From a virus (lineage: Duplodnaviria > Caudoviricetes): 64,000 nucleotides of DNA. Numbering within the stretch: position 1 is the first letter of the stretch; each line of letters starts with the position of its first letter. Location: positions 39,100-103,099 of the IMG/VR virus record IMGVR_UViG_3300046528_000120. One strand, written 5' to 3'. The notes below the pieces were generated by a model, which saw nothing but the letters and a program-made list of their open reading frames with translations, searched no databases and had not been told where the DNA came from. Made by a program: the position numbers and the translations under genes. Positions 28,492 to 39,367 of this stretch are shown in pieces.

Positions 28492-29225
28492 TGCAGACTA
28501 TCCGACTGTATGGCCACCTGGGTAAGACCTTTGGCCGCGAATTCAAGTTCGACGTGCGCACGCCGGCCGAGGCGATTGCGGCGCTGCGCGCCAACCTGGA
28601 AGGCTTCACCGCCTACCTCGCCCGCTTCAGCAAACCCGGCTTCCACATCCTGGTCGAGAAGCGGTCCATCGGCGAAGCCGAGCTGGCCATGCCGCAGGGC
28701 CGTGGCACCATCAAGATCATCCCGGCCGTGGCCGGCGCAAAGAATGGCGGCGTCCTCCAGACCGTGGCAGGTATCGCCCTGATCGTGGCCGGCGTCATCT
28801 TCGAGAACCCTTACATGATCTCGTCCGGTATCGCGATGACGGCTGGCGGCGTGATCGCCATGCTCACCCGCGTGCCGAACGGCAGCAGCGGCGAGAAGGT
28901 CGAGAACATGCCCTCGTACAACTTCAACGGCGCGGTGAACACCACGGCCCAGGGCAACCCGGTGCCGATCTGCTACGGCGAGATGATCGTCGGCTCCCAG
29001 GTAGTTTCGTTCGGCCTGTCCATCGAAGACATCTATGCGCCGGTCTATGGCCCAGGCGGCGGGGGCGATGGCGGCGGCAGCTACTATCCAGGCGGTGACT
29101 ACGGTGGCACGGACATCAACAATATGTTCGACGGCGGTGGCAGCGGCTTCGAGTCGCCTAGCGACTGGGGCGGCGGTGGCGGTGCGATCTGGACCGACCA
29201 GTTCGAGATGGTCAACCAGGAATAA
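28491..29225 (+). CDS. Tail assembly protein I (lambda gpI-like) with Gly-rich C-terminal extension
   Basis: IRLYG.LG..FGR...EAI.AL...SY.FNG.VNT..QG.PVP..YG...VGS. Confidence 0.9.
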   Translation: MQTIRLYGHLGKTFGREFKFDVRTPAEAIAALRANLEGFTAYLARFSKPGFHILVEKRSIGEAELAMPQGRGTIKIIPAVAGAKNGGVLQTVAGIALIVAGVIFENPYMISSGIAMTAGGVIAMLTRVPNGSSGEKVENMPSYNFNGAVNTTAQGNPVPICYGEMIVGSQVVSFGLSIEDIYAPVYGPGGGGDGGGSYYPGGDYGGTDINNMFDGGGSGFESPSDWGGGGGAIWTDQFEMVNQE

Positions 29226-29257
29226 GCGTTGCAATCAATTTCAAAACAAGGATAAAC

Positions 29258-32200
29258 ATGGACATGAAGATTCACGGCGCGAAGTCCGGCGGCGACCAGC
29301 ATAAGCCGGTTGAGGCCCCGGACAACCTGCGCTCGAAACAGGTTGCGCGCTATGTCGACGTGATCTCCGAGGGCGAGATCATCGGCCTGAAGGACGGCCT
29401 CAAATCGGTGTTCATGAACGAGACGCCGATCATGAACAAGGACGGCAGTTTCAACTTCAAGGATGTCTCGCTGTACCAGCGCCTCGGCACCGTCAACCAG
29501 GACGCCGTGCCGGACATGAGCACGACCGAATTCGAGGTCGCGGTCGGCGCTGAGGTCAAGCACGACACCCCGCTCGTACGCAGCATCACCCAGGCCAACG
29601 TCAAGGCGGTGCGCGTCACTCTCGGCTTCCCGCAGCTCACCGAGCAGAACATGGAGAACGGTGACCTGAACGGCAGCAGCGTGTCGATCAGCATCCAGGT
29701 CCAGACCAACGGCGGCGGCTACGTCGACGCGGCGAACGACATCATCACCGGCAAGACCACCAGCCGTTACCAGCGCGCCTACATGATCCAACTGGCCGGA
29801 GACGGTCCGTGGGACATCCGCGTGGTCCGCACCAGCCCCGATTCGACTTCGAGCGCGATCAGCAACAAGACGTTCTGGGACACCATGACCGGGATCATCC
29901 CGACCGCCCTGGCCTACCCGAACAGCGCCCTGGTCGCGATGCGCATCGACGCCGCCAACTTCAGCAGCATCCCGAACCGCGCCTTCCTGATTCGCGGTCT
30001 GGTCGTGCGCGTGCCGAGCAACTACGACCCGGATGCGCGCACCTATAGCGGCCTGTGGGATGGCACCTTCAAGCTGGCCTGGACCAACAACCCGGCATGG
30101 TGCTTCTACGACCTCCTGACCAACCCGCGCTATGGCCTCGGCCAGTGGGTCAAGCCGGAGCTGGTCGACAAGTGGAACCTGTACAGCATCGCCAAGTATT
30201 GCGACACCCTGGTGCCGAACGGCAAGGGTGGGATGGAGCCGCGCTTCACCTGCAACCTGTACCTGCAAGCGCGCGCCGACGCCTACCAAGTTATCCAGAA
30301 CATGGCGTCGATCTTCCGCGCCATCACCTTCTGGGCCAACGGTACGATCTTCTCCGTTCAGGACCGTCCTTCGGACGCGGTTGCGCAGTTCAATCAAGCC
30401 AACGTGGTCGATGGCGTCTTCACCTACGCCGGCACCAGCCTGAAGGCGCGCCACACCGTCGCCCTCGTGAGCTGGAACGACCCGGACGACTTCTACCGGC
30501 AGAAGGTCGAGTACGTGCAGGACGACGATCTGGTCAACCAGTACGGCATCATCGAATCGCCGATCACTGCATTCGGTTGCTCGTCGCAGGCCCAGGCGCA
30601 CCGCCTCGGCAAATGGATGCTGGCCACCGAGCGCTTCACCGATGAAACCATCTCGTTCCGTACCGGCTTCGACGGCCTCGTGGTCTACCCTGGCGCCGTC
30701 TTCCAGGTCACCGACCCGAACCGCGCCGGCCAGCGCATGGGCGGCCGTATCCTGGCACACGACAGCCAGTATGTCGTGCTCGATAGCGTCCTGCCACTGA
30801 ATAGCGGCCACGCCTACCGGATCACCGTCACCGCCGCCGATGGCACCCTGCAAACCAAGGGCGTCATGAGCTGGGAGCTGAACGACGATGGCACCAGCAC
30901 GGTCCTGCGCCTGAGCGAATCCCTCACCGCTGTCACGGTCGAGAATGCGGTCTACATCATGACCGACCTCAACACCCTGGTGCCGGAGCTGTGGCGCGTC
31001 ACCACCATGTCCGACGATGGCAGCGGCATCGCCACCATCAGCGGCACCAAGTACGTGCCGGACATCTATGACAACGTGGAAACCGGGATCATCATCGACC
31101 CGCGCCCGACCACCACGATCAACACCAAGCCGGCGACCCCGACCAATCTGGCGGCAACCGTCTCGATGTACCGTGTCGACGGCCAGCCCGCTGGCCTGCG
31201 CGTCCTCCTGTCCTGGACCTCGAACGCCGGCCGCTTCCGCGTGAGCTGGCGCCGGCAGGGCACGAGCTGGAAGAGCCTGGAGGTGTACGAGGCCACCCAC
31301 GAGCTGGAGAACGTCGACGCCGCCAGCTACGATTTCATGGTCGTGGCTATCAGCACCACCGGGCGCGAATCGAATGCGGCCACCCTCAGTGTCGACGTAG
31401 GCACCAAGGTAGGCGACGTGCCTAGCTCGATGTCGGCCCCGCAGAACCTGCGCCTGCTTTCCCCGTACATCCGCTCGGACGCCATCTTCGGCTGGGACAA
31501 GGTGCCGGAGGCCACCGGCTATGAGGTCGAGCTGAGCAAGGCCGCCGACCAGTTCGTTGCATTCCGCACCGAGAAGATCGGCGACGTGCTGAAGTTCATC
31601 TACTCGCCTGACGACATGAAGGCAGACGGCGGCCCGTTCCGTAGTCTGACCATCCGCGTGCGCGCCCTCGGCTCCTACGACAGCCACGGCGACTGGGCTA
31701 CCCTCACCGTGGGCAACCCGCAGATCGGCATGCTCCAGGGGATCGAGCTGAATTCCGGTATCGGTACGATCTTCTTCGACTGCGCCGAGCCGGCCGATCC
31801 TGACTTTTCCGGCGTCATGATCTGGGTCGACACCGATCCTGACTTCAGCCCGACCGATGCGAACCTGGCCTATACCGGCTTCGGCACCTACGCCGTCATC
31901 AATGCGCTGCCGGGGGCGAAGCCGATTGCAGCCGACACCCCGTACTTCCTGCGCGCGGCCGGCTTCGACTCCATCGGTAAGGACAACCTGAATATCTCCG
32001 GCTCCATTGCCCTGACCGTCTACGGTCGCGCGCCGAGCAAGGACGAGATCATCGCTGACATGATCAAGGATGGCGCGCTGACCGCCACCAAGTTCGCCGA
32101 TGGCATCGAGCCGGTCGGCGTCTTCGAGACCCTGCCGGTTCTGAACGACCCTGCGCACCCGTACACCGGCCCGAGCACCGCCAATGTCGGCGGCAAGCTG

Positions 32201-34504
32201 TACGTCATCGTGGACGGCGCCTGGACCACCAGCGTTGCCGAGGTCGGCCCCGGTAGCGTCACCGTCGATGCGTTCGACCAGGACTTGAAGGACATGGTAG
32301 CGAAAGTGACCGGCGGTGAGGCGACGCCCGGCACCATCGCCAACCAGATCGCCGAGAAGGTGCGGCAGCAGGCCGACCTGTCCGCCGAGGACATCGAGTA
32401 CCTGGGTAGCATGGTCGACATCGCCGTCGCGGCGGCGCAGTTCGCGCTGAAGGCCACCACCACCGCGACTCAGGCCCAGACCACCCGCACCAGCACGATT
32501 GCCGCCACGCTCGGCGACGACATCACGGCAGCAGTATTCGGGGAAGCGACGGCGCGCACGAACGCCCTAGGCGCCATGGCCGAGACCATCAATGGCCTGA
32601 ACGTGACCTGGACGCAGGACATCAATGCGGCTATCACCAACTACAACCAGACGGTGGCGACACCGACCTTTGCCTCTGCAATCAGTTTCAACACGCTCAG
32701 CACCACGGTGGGGCAGCACACGACCAGTATCACCAACGCCACTCAGAGCATCAACGGTCTGAACGCGCGGGTCGAGTGGAAGATCAACAACAACGGCGTC
32801 ATCTCCGGGATCGCCCTGGACTCGACCACCGACCGTAACGGCGCCCCGACTAGCAGCGCTACTTTTGCCGTGGACGCCTTCAAGATTCAGGGCACAGGTA
32901 ACAACGTCCTGGCTCCGTTCGCGGTCAATACCACTACCGGCCTCGTGGAGATCAGCGGCACCACCATCAAAGATGGCACCCTGACTGCGTCCAAGATCGT
33001 CGCCAACAGCATCACTTCGGCGCAGATCGCGGCCGGCGCCATCAAGGCTGAGCAGATTGCGGCCGGTGCGATCACCACCGACATGATCGTGGTCGGCACC
33101 GCTGGCGGTATCCCAGGCACCCTCATCAAGGATGGCGCGATCAGCACCGCCAAGATAGCCACCGGCGCGATCACCGCTGACCACATGACGGCGAACAGCA
33201 TCGCGGCCAGCTCGATCCAGGTCAACACCATCACTGGCGACAAGATCAAGGCCACCACCATCACGGCGGACAAGATCGACACGCGCGGCCTCGACATCAA
33301 AGCCCCGGACGGGACGGTGATCCTCAGCGCCCAGAGTTCGCTGGCCTGGGGCAAGGTAGCGGCGCCCAGCAACCTCGCGGCTCTGAACGGTAGTGAAGCG
33401 ATCAAGAACTCGCTGATCTCCCTGAGCGGCCTCGGCTACCAGGGCAGCTTGTACGCTACCGCCAACTATGGTGCCTTTGCCGATGTCAGCACGATCACGG
33501 CGGCGAACGCGGCCAGCTTCTTCGCGGCAAACTCGCTGGACGGCACTTACATCAAGAATCTGGCGGCGGACAAAATCCTGGCCGGCACCCTGGCGGCGGG
33601 TGTTATTTACGCCGGGGCTATCAGCGCCAGCCAGATTACCGCCGGAACCATCAGCGGTGATCGCATCAATGGCGGCACGATTAGCGCGGTTTCGCTGAGC
33701 AGCGTCACAGGTACATTCTCCGGCAATATCAATTCCAGCGGTTACGTCTACTGCACTGGTGGCTCAGGCTCGCCGTATGGCATGACCACGTTAGCCGTAA
33801 TACCGTCGGCGAGCGGGCAGAGCGCCATCGCCGCGATCTCGTCCGGTAGCGGCACGTCCGCGATCCAGGCGTCAAACATGAATGGTATCGGTGTATACGC
33901 ATCGGGCGACCGCGCCATTGTCGCGGCTGGCGGTAGCTGGGCAGTGTACGCGTCCAGCGGAGGCTACGGCCCCTTTACTGGCGCGCACGATGCACTTCTG
34001 CCGCTAGGCGCCGAAGTAGAGCTTGGCGATATCCTGGTTGACGTAGAGTGCATCGCGCGTAAGGGCCTATCGGATACGCTGTTCTTGGTAGCACGTGCGG
34101 ACAAGCCGAAGCAGAAGTCAGCCGTTGGTGTATGCGTTGCTGCGCCGGTTGCCTTATCCGCGCGGATACCGGCAGTCTTTCGCCGCGCGCCACGCGAAGA
34201 GTTCAGGCCGAGTCTAGCAGGCTTCATTGTGGTTGATGAGCACGACCCGGAGTACGACGTGCTACAGGGCGTGTACGCACTGACCATCATGAACGCACTG
34301 GGCGAGGGTCAGATTAACGTCTGCGGGGAGAACGGCGACATCGAAGCTGGCGACTACATCGTAACCAGCTCGATGCCCGGTAAAGGCATGCGCCAAGATG
34401 ATGACCTACTCCGCAGCTATACGGTAGCGAAAGCGCGTGAGGCCGTTACCTTTGACTCGCCGGGTCAAGTCAAGACGGTAGCCTGCATTTACGTCTCCGG
34501 CTAA
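29258..34504 (+). CDS. Central tail fibre / host-specificity protein J
   Basis: EAPD.L.S...SEGEI.GL...YPNSAL...W.NNPAW...RF..N; FN3-like region; GAIT.DKI repeats; C-terminal chaperone-like domain (GEG.I.V..ENG.I..GD.I.TS...G.GM.Q). Confidence 0.92.
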   Translation: MDMKIHGAKSGGDQHKPVEAPDNLRSKQVARYVDVISEGEIIGLKDGLKSVFMNETPIMNKDGSFNFKDVSLYQRLGTVNQDAVPDMSTTEFEVAVGAEVKHDTPLVRSITQANVKAVRVTLGFPQLTEQNMENGDLNGSSVSISIQVQTNGGGYVDAANDIITGKTTSRYQRAYMIQLAGDGPWDIRVVRTSPDSTSSAISNKTFWDTMTGIIPTALAYPNSALVAMRIDAANFSSIPNRAFLIRGLVVRVPSNYDPDARTYSGLWDGTFKLAWTNNPAWCFYDLLTNPRYGLGQWVKPELVDKWNLYSIAKYCDTLVPNGKGGMEPRFTCNLYLQARADAYQVIQNMASIFRAITFWANGTIFSVQDRPSDAVAQFNQANVVDGVFTYAGTSLKARHTVALVSWNDPDDFYRQKVEYVQDDDLVNQYGIIESPITAFGCSSQAQAHRLGKWMLATERFTDETISFRTGFDGLVVYPGAVFQVTDPNRAGQRMGGRILAHDSQYVVLDSVLPLNSGHAYRITVTAADGTLQTKGVMSWELNDDGTSTVLRLSESLTAVTVENAVYIMTDLNTLVPELWRVTTMSDDGSGIATISGTKYVPDIYDNVETGIIIDPRPTTTINTKPATPTNLAATVSMYRVDGQPAGLRVLLSWTSNAGRFRVSWRRQGTSWKSLEVYEATHELENVDAASYDFMVVAISTTGRESNAATLSVDVGTKVGDVPSSMSAPQNLRLLSPYIRSDAIFGWDKVPEATGYEVELSKAADQFVAFRTEKIGDVLKFIYSPDDMKADGGPFRSLTIRVRALGSYDSHGDWATLTVGNPQIGMLQGIELNSGIGTIFFDCAEPADPDFSGVMIWVDTDPDFSPTDANLAYTGFGTYAVINALPGAKPIAADTPYFLRAAGFDSIGKDNLNISGSIALTVYGRAPSKDEIIADMIKDGALTATKFADGIEPVGVFETLPVLNDPAHPYTGPSTANVGGKLYVIVDGAWTTSVAEVGPGSVTVDAFDQDLKDMVAKVTGGEATPGTIANQIAEKVRQQADLSAEDIEYLGSMVDIAVAAAQFALKATTTATQAQTTRTSTIAATLGDDITAAVFGEATARTNALGAMAETINGLNVTWTQDINAAITNYNQTVATPTFASAISFNTLSTTVGQHTTSITNATQSINGLNARVEWKINNNGVISGIALDSTTDRNGAPTSSATFAVDAFKIQGTGNNVLAPFAVNTTTGLVEISGTTIKDGTLTASKIVANSITSAQIAAGAIKAEQIAAGAITTDMIVVGTAGGIPGTLIKDGAISTAKIATGAITADHMTANSIAASSIQVNTITGDKIKATTITADKIDTRGLDIKAPDGTVILSAQSSLAWGKVAAPSNLAALNGSEAIKNSLISLSGLGYQGSLYATANYGAFADVSTITAANAASFFAANSLDGTYIKNLAADKILAGTLAAGVIYAGAISASQITAGTISGDRINGGTISAVSLSSVTGTFSGNINSSGYVYCTGGSGSPYGMTTLAVIPSASGQSAIAAISSGSGTSAIQASNMNGIGVYASGDRAIVAAGGSWAVYASSGGYGPFTGAHDALLPLGAEVELGDILVDVECIARKGLSDTLFLVARADKPKQKSAVGVCVAAPVALSARIPAVFRRAPREEFRPSLAGFIVVDEHDPEYDVLQGVYALTIMNALGEGQINVCGENGDIEAGDYIVTSSMPGKGMRQDDDLLRSYTVAKAREAVTFDSPGQVKTVACIYVSG

Positions 34505-34521
34505 TTGCAATTGATTGCAAC

Positions 34522-34545
34522 GGGCCACCTACGGGTGGCTCTTTT
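34522..34545 (+). terminator. Rho-independent terminator
   Basis: GGGCCACC-TACG-GGTGGCTC-TTTT. Confidence 0.75.
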
Positions 34546-34547
34546 CA

Positions 34548-34576
34548 TTGATGCTGGGAAATACCGTAGCTATAAT
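34548..34576 (+). promoter_or_regulatory. Sigma70-type promoter
   Basis: TTGATG-17 bp-TATAAT. Confidence 0.65.
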
Positions 34577-34614
34577 GCCCTGCATCCGCACCAAGGTAAC
34601 CACGAAAGGCAACC

Positions 34615-36789
34615 ATGACACTTGAAGCAGATGTGCAACAACTTACCGAAGAGGTGGGGCAGCTCCAGGATGAGGTCTCCGGGCTGTCAGACCAAGCTAT
34701 CGCCCTGCTCGACGCAGTCAAAGTCAAGAAGGCAGCACTCGATGCGGCGGTCGCATCCTCGCAGGCCGCAGCGGATATCATCACGGCAGCACAGGATTTG
34801 CTGGCTGGTGCCGCCGATGCCATCAACTACTACGAAGACATTGCAGGCGCAGCAACCGCTGCGGCGGGCAGCGCCTCGGCCGCGTCTACTAGTGCCGGCG
34901 CCGCCGCTAGCTCGGCTACCATGGCACAGGACTGGGCTAGCAAGCTAGCGACCACGGTAGACGGCACCAACTACTCGGCCAAGCAGTATGCGCTGAACTC
35001 CGCAGGCTCGGCGAGCGCCGCGAATACCAGTGCCACCACCGCGCAGAACTGGTCAGTCAGTTTAGCGCTGCTGGATGGCACTAACTACGGTGCCAAGAAA
35101 TACGCGCTCGACGGCTCAGCGTCTGCCGCGCTTGCGCAGAACTTCGCAACCTCGCTGACCAACACCTTCACTGGCGCAGGCGGGATGTACGGCGCCCTGA
35201 AGTATGCCAACGATGCCAGCGCAAGCGCCGCACTCGCGCAGAGCTGGGCCACTTCCACCTCTATCGTTAGCGGTGGCTCGTACGGCGCCAAGAAATACGC
35301 CACCGACGCCAGCGCCTCGGCGACCCTATCGCAGTCGTGGGCGACCAGCTTAGCCGTAGTCAGCGGTGGTCAGTACGGCGCGCTCAAGTACTCGAATGAT
35401 GCCAGTGCATCGGCTGTTTTAGCCAGCAAGTGGGCTAATCAAGTCAACGGTGAAGTCAACGGCGTTGGCTCTGGCTACTCTGCCTATTACTACGCGCAGC
35501 AGGCCGCAGCTAGCGCGCTGTCCGCGTCAGCGGGGCAAGTCAACGCTGACTGGAGCCAGACCGACCCCGCGCAGAAATCGTTCATCCAGAACAAGCCGTC
35601 GCTTGCGCTTGTCGCAAACTTCCCTGCGGCTAACTCGAATAGCGTGCAGGCCAGCGGCAATGCTGCCGTGCGCAGTCTCGCCAACCCACTTACTGGCCTG
35701 GGCTACGCGGGCGGCGTGCGCTTCCGGCTCGGGCACAACGATGACACCAGCAGTGCGGGCGGCTATGCCGACGTGATCGACCTGTCAACGTATATTGACA
35801 ACAGCGCAGGAGGCGTCAACGCGCTGTATTTCGACAAGGGTAGCCAGCGTATCACGCACAAGTTTGCCGGCGCCGGCGCGACTGTCTGGGTTGCCAAGCA
35901 GTTGGCCTACACGGACAGCAACATCACCGGCACATCGTCTGGCGCACCATGGGCGGGGATCAGTGGCCGGCCTACCACCGTGGCGGGCTACGGGATTACA
36001 GATGCACAAGCCAAGTCGGCAGACCTGACTGCGATTGCTGGTCTGGCCGGTACAGGAATTCTAGTGCGCACTGCGCCTGGGGCCATGGCCTTGCGTTCAA
36101 TTGCCGGATCACAAGGCATCTCGGTTGGGAACGGCGATGGCGCAGGTAATCCCACCATCATTCTGTCGAATACCACGGTGACGCCAGGTGCTTATGGATC
36201 GTCCTCGAATGTGGCTACCTTCACGGTCGATCCACAAGGCCGAATCACGGCCGCAGGGTCTGTGGCGATTTCACCAGCCTGGACTTCTATTTCAGGCAGA
36301 CCCACCACCCGCGACGGGTATGGCATTACGGACGTATATTTGTCGACGCAGATGGATACGGCCCTGGCCGGCAAGGTAGCAACAGCAGGTGGTACGCTCA
36401 CCAACGGCACGCTGGCCAATTGCGCGGTCAACAACCCAGTCATCCAGGGCTACATAGAGAAATTGCAGGCACTAAATCCAGCGTACAACCTCACCAGCTA
36501 CACGCTGGACCCAACCATCGGCACATTGATTGAAATGACCTTGCCGACTGGGCAAGCGAGTGCGCTGACGATCAACTTGCCGGCTGTGGTGCCGGGCGTG
36601 TCGTACACGCTCGCTGTAATCAACCCTAGTAGTGGTACGGCCACGTATAACTTCTCCGGTGGTACGTCTCTGCGCTGGGCTGGCGGCACCGCACCAACGC
36701 CTACGTCTACGGTCGGTAAAATCGATGCCTATCTGTTCACGTGTCTAAGTAGCTGCACGGTGGGTCGCGACGGCTGGAGGAACGCCTGA
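34615..36789 (+). CDS. Tail fibre protein with internal repeats
   Basis: Coiled-coil N-terminus; ~33-aa YGA.KYA.DASASA.LA..WATS repeats; two W..ISGRPTT..GYGITD repeats; TVD..GRIT. Confidence 0.85.
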   Translation: MTLEADVQQLTEEVGQLQDEVSGLSDQAIALLDAVKVKKAALDAAVASSQAAADIITAAQDLLAGAADAINYYEDIAGAATAAAGSASAASTSAGAAASSATMAQDWASKLATTVDGTNYSAKQYALNSAGSASAANTSATTAQNWSVSLALLDGTNYGAKKYALDGSASAALAQNFATSLTNTFTGAGGMYGALKYANDASASAALAQSWATSTSIVSGGSYGAKKYATDASASATLSQSWATSLAVVSGGQYGALKYSNDASASAVLASKWANQVNGEVNGVGSGYSAYYYAQQAAASALSASAGQVNADWSQTDPAQKSFIQNKPSLALVANFPAANSNSVQASGNAAVRSLANPLTGLGYAGGVRFRLGHNDDTSSAGGYADVIDLSTYIDNSAGGVNALYFDKGSQRITHKFAGAGATVWVAKQLAYTDSNITGTSSGAPWAGISGRPTTVAGYGITDAQAKSADLTAIAGLAGTGILVRTAPGAMALRSIAGSQGISVGNGDGAGNPTIILSNTTVTPGAYGSSSNVATFTVDPQGRITAAGSVAISPAWTSISGRPTTRDGYGITDVYLSTQMDTALAGKVATAGGTLTNGTLANCAVNNPVIQGYIEKLQALNPAYNLTSYTLDPTIGTLIEMTLPTGQASALTINLPAVVPGVSYTLAVINPSSGTATYNFSGGTSLRWAGGTAPTPTSTVGKIDAYLFTCLSSCTVGRDGWRNA

Positions 36790-37646
36790 TGTTTAGCACT
36801 GGCGGCGGTAAAGGGGTCGTTGTGCCTATCGGTCAGCAGTCCGTCACAACGGTCGGCACTCAAAACATTACGGTGCCGGCTGGTGTCACATCGCTCTGCG
36901 CCGTCTTGATCCAAGGTGGGCAAGGCGGCAGCGGGCGTAAGGGTGGAAAAGGCGGCGATCTTCGCTATAAAAATTCCATCCCCGTCGTACCTTACGAAGT
37001 TCTGACTCTCGTTATCGGCGCAGGAGGGGTTGGTACTACGGGTACGAGTAGTACTACGGCGGGCGGCGCTGGCGGAGTTACTCAATTGTTGCGTGGCTCT
37101 ACTGTAATTTTTGATACTACTTCGGTAATCGGCGCGGGCGCTGACGGCGGCGGTAACGGTGGTGCTGGCGGTACAGGATCTTCCGCCAGCGGTTCCTTTG
37201 GCACCTGCTATAACGGCGGTGGTGGCGGCGGCGCTGCGGGCTATTCCGGTGACGGTGGCACTACCGACATGGCAGGTACGGGTGGTGGCGGCGGCGGCGG
37301 CGGCACCACATTGGATTCTACCGCAACTGAGAGTACCAATTACAGCTACGGCTCTGCCGCCGCAGGCGGCGGCGGCGTTGGTTTGTTTGGGCAGGGAAGC
37401 AATGGCACAGCTGGCACAAGTTCTGGGTCACCAACTGGCGGCGGCGGCGGCTCTGGCGGCACGGCCGGCACCAGTGGAGGCTCAACAGTGCCGGGTAGTA
37501 GCGGCCTGTACGGCGGCGGCGGCGCAGCCGCATACACGCGTACAGATGGAACTTCCCGAGCCGGTGCCAATGGCGCTCAGGGCGCAGCCCGCCTAATTTG
37601 GGGCGCTGGTCGCGCCTTTCCTTCGACTAATACCCAGGATATGTAA
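36789..37646 (+). CDS. Glycine-rich tail fibre-associated protein
   Basis: VPAGVT...GGGG repeats...GAQGA.R.IWG. Confidence 0.75.
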   Translation: MFSTGGGKGVVVPIGQQSVTTVGTQNITVPAGVTSLCAVLIQGGQGGSGRKGGKGGDLRYKNSIPVVPYEVLTLVIGAGGVGTTGTSSTTAGGAGGVTQLLRGSTVIFDTTSVIGAGADGGGNGGAGGTGSSASGSFGTCYNGGGGGGAAGYSGDGGTTDMAGTGGGGGGGGTTLDSTATESTNYSYGSAAAGGGGVGLFGQGSNGTAGTSSGSPTGGGGGSGGTAGTSGGSTVPGSSGLYGGGGAAAYTRTDGTSRAGANGAQGAARLIWGAGRAFPSTNTQDM

Positions 37647-38306
37647 ATGTGGATCGATACTAATGACGGCACTGTAGTTCATTTTCATAGCGAATTTCGC
37701 GGCCTTCGCCCAAACTGGCCGCTTCCGGATGTAATCACAGAAGAGATCATTGCCGAACTGGGCTTCGCCCCGGTGCAGCAGTCGACACCCAGCTACGATC
37801 CGCTGCGCGAGGTGGCAACCGAGCTGGCCCCAGTCAAGCAAGATGGCTCCTGGGTGCAGAAATGGGTAATCACCGGACTCGACAGCGCTACAGTTGCAGC
37901 CAATTGCAAGGTAGCCAGGGAGAGCATGTGGGCGCGGATCGCTGCACACCGTGACACCCGCGAGGAATCGGGCTTCAAACTTGGCAGTAATTGGTTCCAT
38001 TCTGACCCGAAGAGCCAAACCAAGTACCTTGGCCTGAAGGATACCGCGCGCGATATATTGGCGGCAGGTGGCGCTGGCAGTGATGTCATCAAAGAACAGG
38101 GTATCGACATCACGTGGCACACCATGGACAATTCAGACATCCCTGTCACTGTGGACCTAGCATTCGCCTTGGTCGCGGCGGTAAAGACATTGCAGGCGAC
38201 GGTGTTTATGAATGCCAAGGTCCATCGCGGCGCGATGGAAAGGGCAACGCGCCCAGATCTTTACGACTTTTCTGCCGGATGGCCGGCAACTTACCAAGGA
38301 GACTAA
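37647..38306 (+). CDS. Tail fibre assembly protein (DUF4376-like)
   Basis: W..I...RD.....G....WFHSD..S...W.TMDN...H...M......YD.S.GWP. Confidence 0.75.
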   Translation: MWIDTNDGTVVHFHSEFRGLRPNWPLPDVITEEIIAELGFAPVQQSTPSYDPLREVATELAPVKQDGSWVQKWVITGLDSATVAANCKVARESMWARIAAHRDTREESGFKLGSNWFHSDPKSQTKYLGLKDTARDILAAGGAGSDVIKEQGIDITWHTMDNSDIPVTVDLAFALVAAVKTLQATVFMNAKVHRGAMERATRPDLYDFSAGWPATYQGD

Positions 38307-38308
38307 GC

Positions 38309-38806
38309 ATGGATTATTTTACGGCTAGGCCGTTGATTGAAACCGGCGATGCCATTTTAGTGCGCGGCACCCACGGCTTGCTGACGCCATTCACCAAGTT
38401 CTTTACGCGTTCGCCGTACACACATGCCGGCCTCGCGTTCTGGATGGAGGGCGAGCTTTGGTTGGGCGAAATCAACGGCGGTCGTAACCATGCGATCCCT
38501 CTCTCGCAGTTGCAGGATATGAAGTTCGATGTATTCAAGCGCCCGCCGGAGATTAGTCAATTCGCGGCGCAGACTGCGATTCACTACGCGCTACGCTCGG
38601 TGCTCGACTATAGCCAGTTGGCTCTGTTCGTCATCGGCCTGAAGGAATGGCTGAGGTCAAAGCTGATCATCCACTGGCGCAACTTCCTGGTCTGCTCCGG
38701 CTGGTGCGTCTACGCGTACCAGACCGCAGGTTGGAAGGATTGCTCACGGGTGATATCACCGCAGAAGTTCAGCGAGATGCTGGAACTCAGGTTCGTCGTC
38801 AACTAG
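38309..38806 (+). CDS. Permuted papain-like (YiiX/YebB NlpC/P60) protein
   Basis: TGD.I...T.S.YTHAG near the N-terminus and CS....AY near the C-terminus (His before Cys). Confidence 0.7.
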   Translation: MDYFTARPLIETGDAILVRGTHGLLTPFTKFFTRSPYTHAGLAFWMEGELWLGEINGGRNHAIPLSQLQDMKFDVFKRPPEISQFAAQTAIHYALRSVLDYSQLALFVIGLKEWLRSKLIIHWRNFLVCSGWCVYAYQTAGWKDCSRVISPQKFSEMLELRFVVN

Positions 38807-38822
38807 GTTTGAAATCAATTTC

Positions 38823-38847
38823 AAGGCACCTGCGGGGTGCCTTTTTT
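38823..38847 (+). terminator. Rho-independent terminator flanked by two motif copies
   Basis: AGGCACC-TGCG-GGGTGCC-T6. Confidence 0.8.
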
Positions 38848-38871
38848 ATTGCAATCAATTTCAATAACTTG

Positions 38872-38901
38872 TTGCTGGGCGTCAATGCGCTGACTTAAAA
38901 T
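38872..38901 (+). promoter_or_regulatory. Putative promoter
   Basis: TTGCTG-18 bp-TAAAAT. Confidence 0.45.
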
Positions 38902-38936
38902 GCTCGGACTTATCGAGACTACTAGGAGAAACCGAA

Positions 38937-39359
38937 GTGAGCAGCCCAGTATATTTTGCGCTGGACGGTCAAGACGATGCGCCGCCGCAGGATGGGCGGG
39001 TTCATCTGCCGAAGATCATCCAGGGCGCACCCTACAATGTGATACTGCGCGTGCGCGATGTCGGCACCAGTCAGTACCGTGACTTTACGCAGTACGACGA
39101 GGTGCGCATGCAGCTCACCCGTCAGCAGGGGGTCGAACCGTTCCTGAAACTGAACACCGTGAACGGTCGCCTGCTCGCAGGTGTGGATCGATTGACGATC
39201 AGCCTAGACAGCGCGGCCACTGCCGCTATCCAAGTTCCTGTACAGAATCGGCAGGCCATCAACGAGCTGTATTTCCTGCACTCCATCACCATGTTGCAGG
39301 CCGGCGCGGTCATCGAGCGCTTCGGTCACGGCCATGGCCTGATGGTAGCGGCAGTTTAG
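38937..39359 (+). CDS. Hypothetical virion protein
   Basis: AGGAG RBS with GTG start; I.QGA...beta-rich. Confidence 0.6.
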   Translation: MSSPVYFALDGQDDAPPQDGRVHLPKIIQGAPYNVILRVRDVGTSQYRDFTQYDEVRMQLTRQQGVEPFLKLNTVNGRLLAGVDRLTISLDSAATAAIQVPVQNRQAINELYFLHSITMLQAGAVIERFGHGHGLMVAAV

Positions 39360-39367
39360 GGGTAGTG

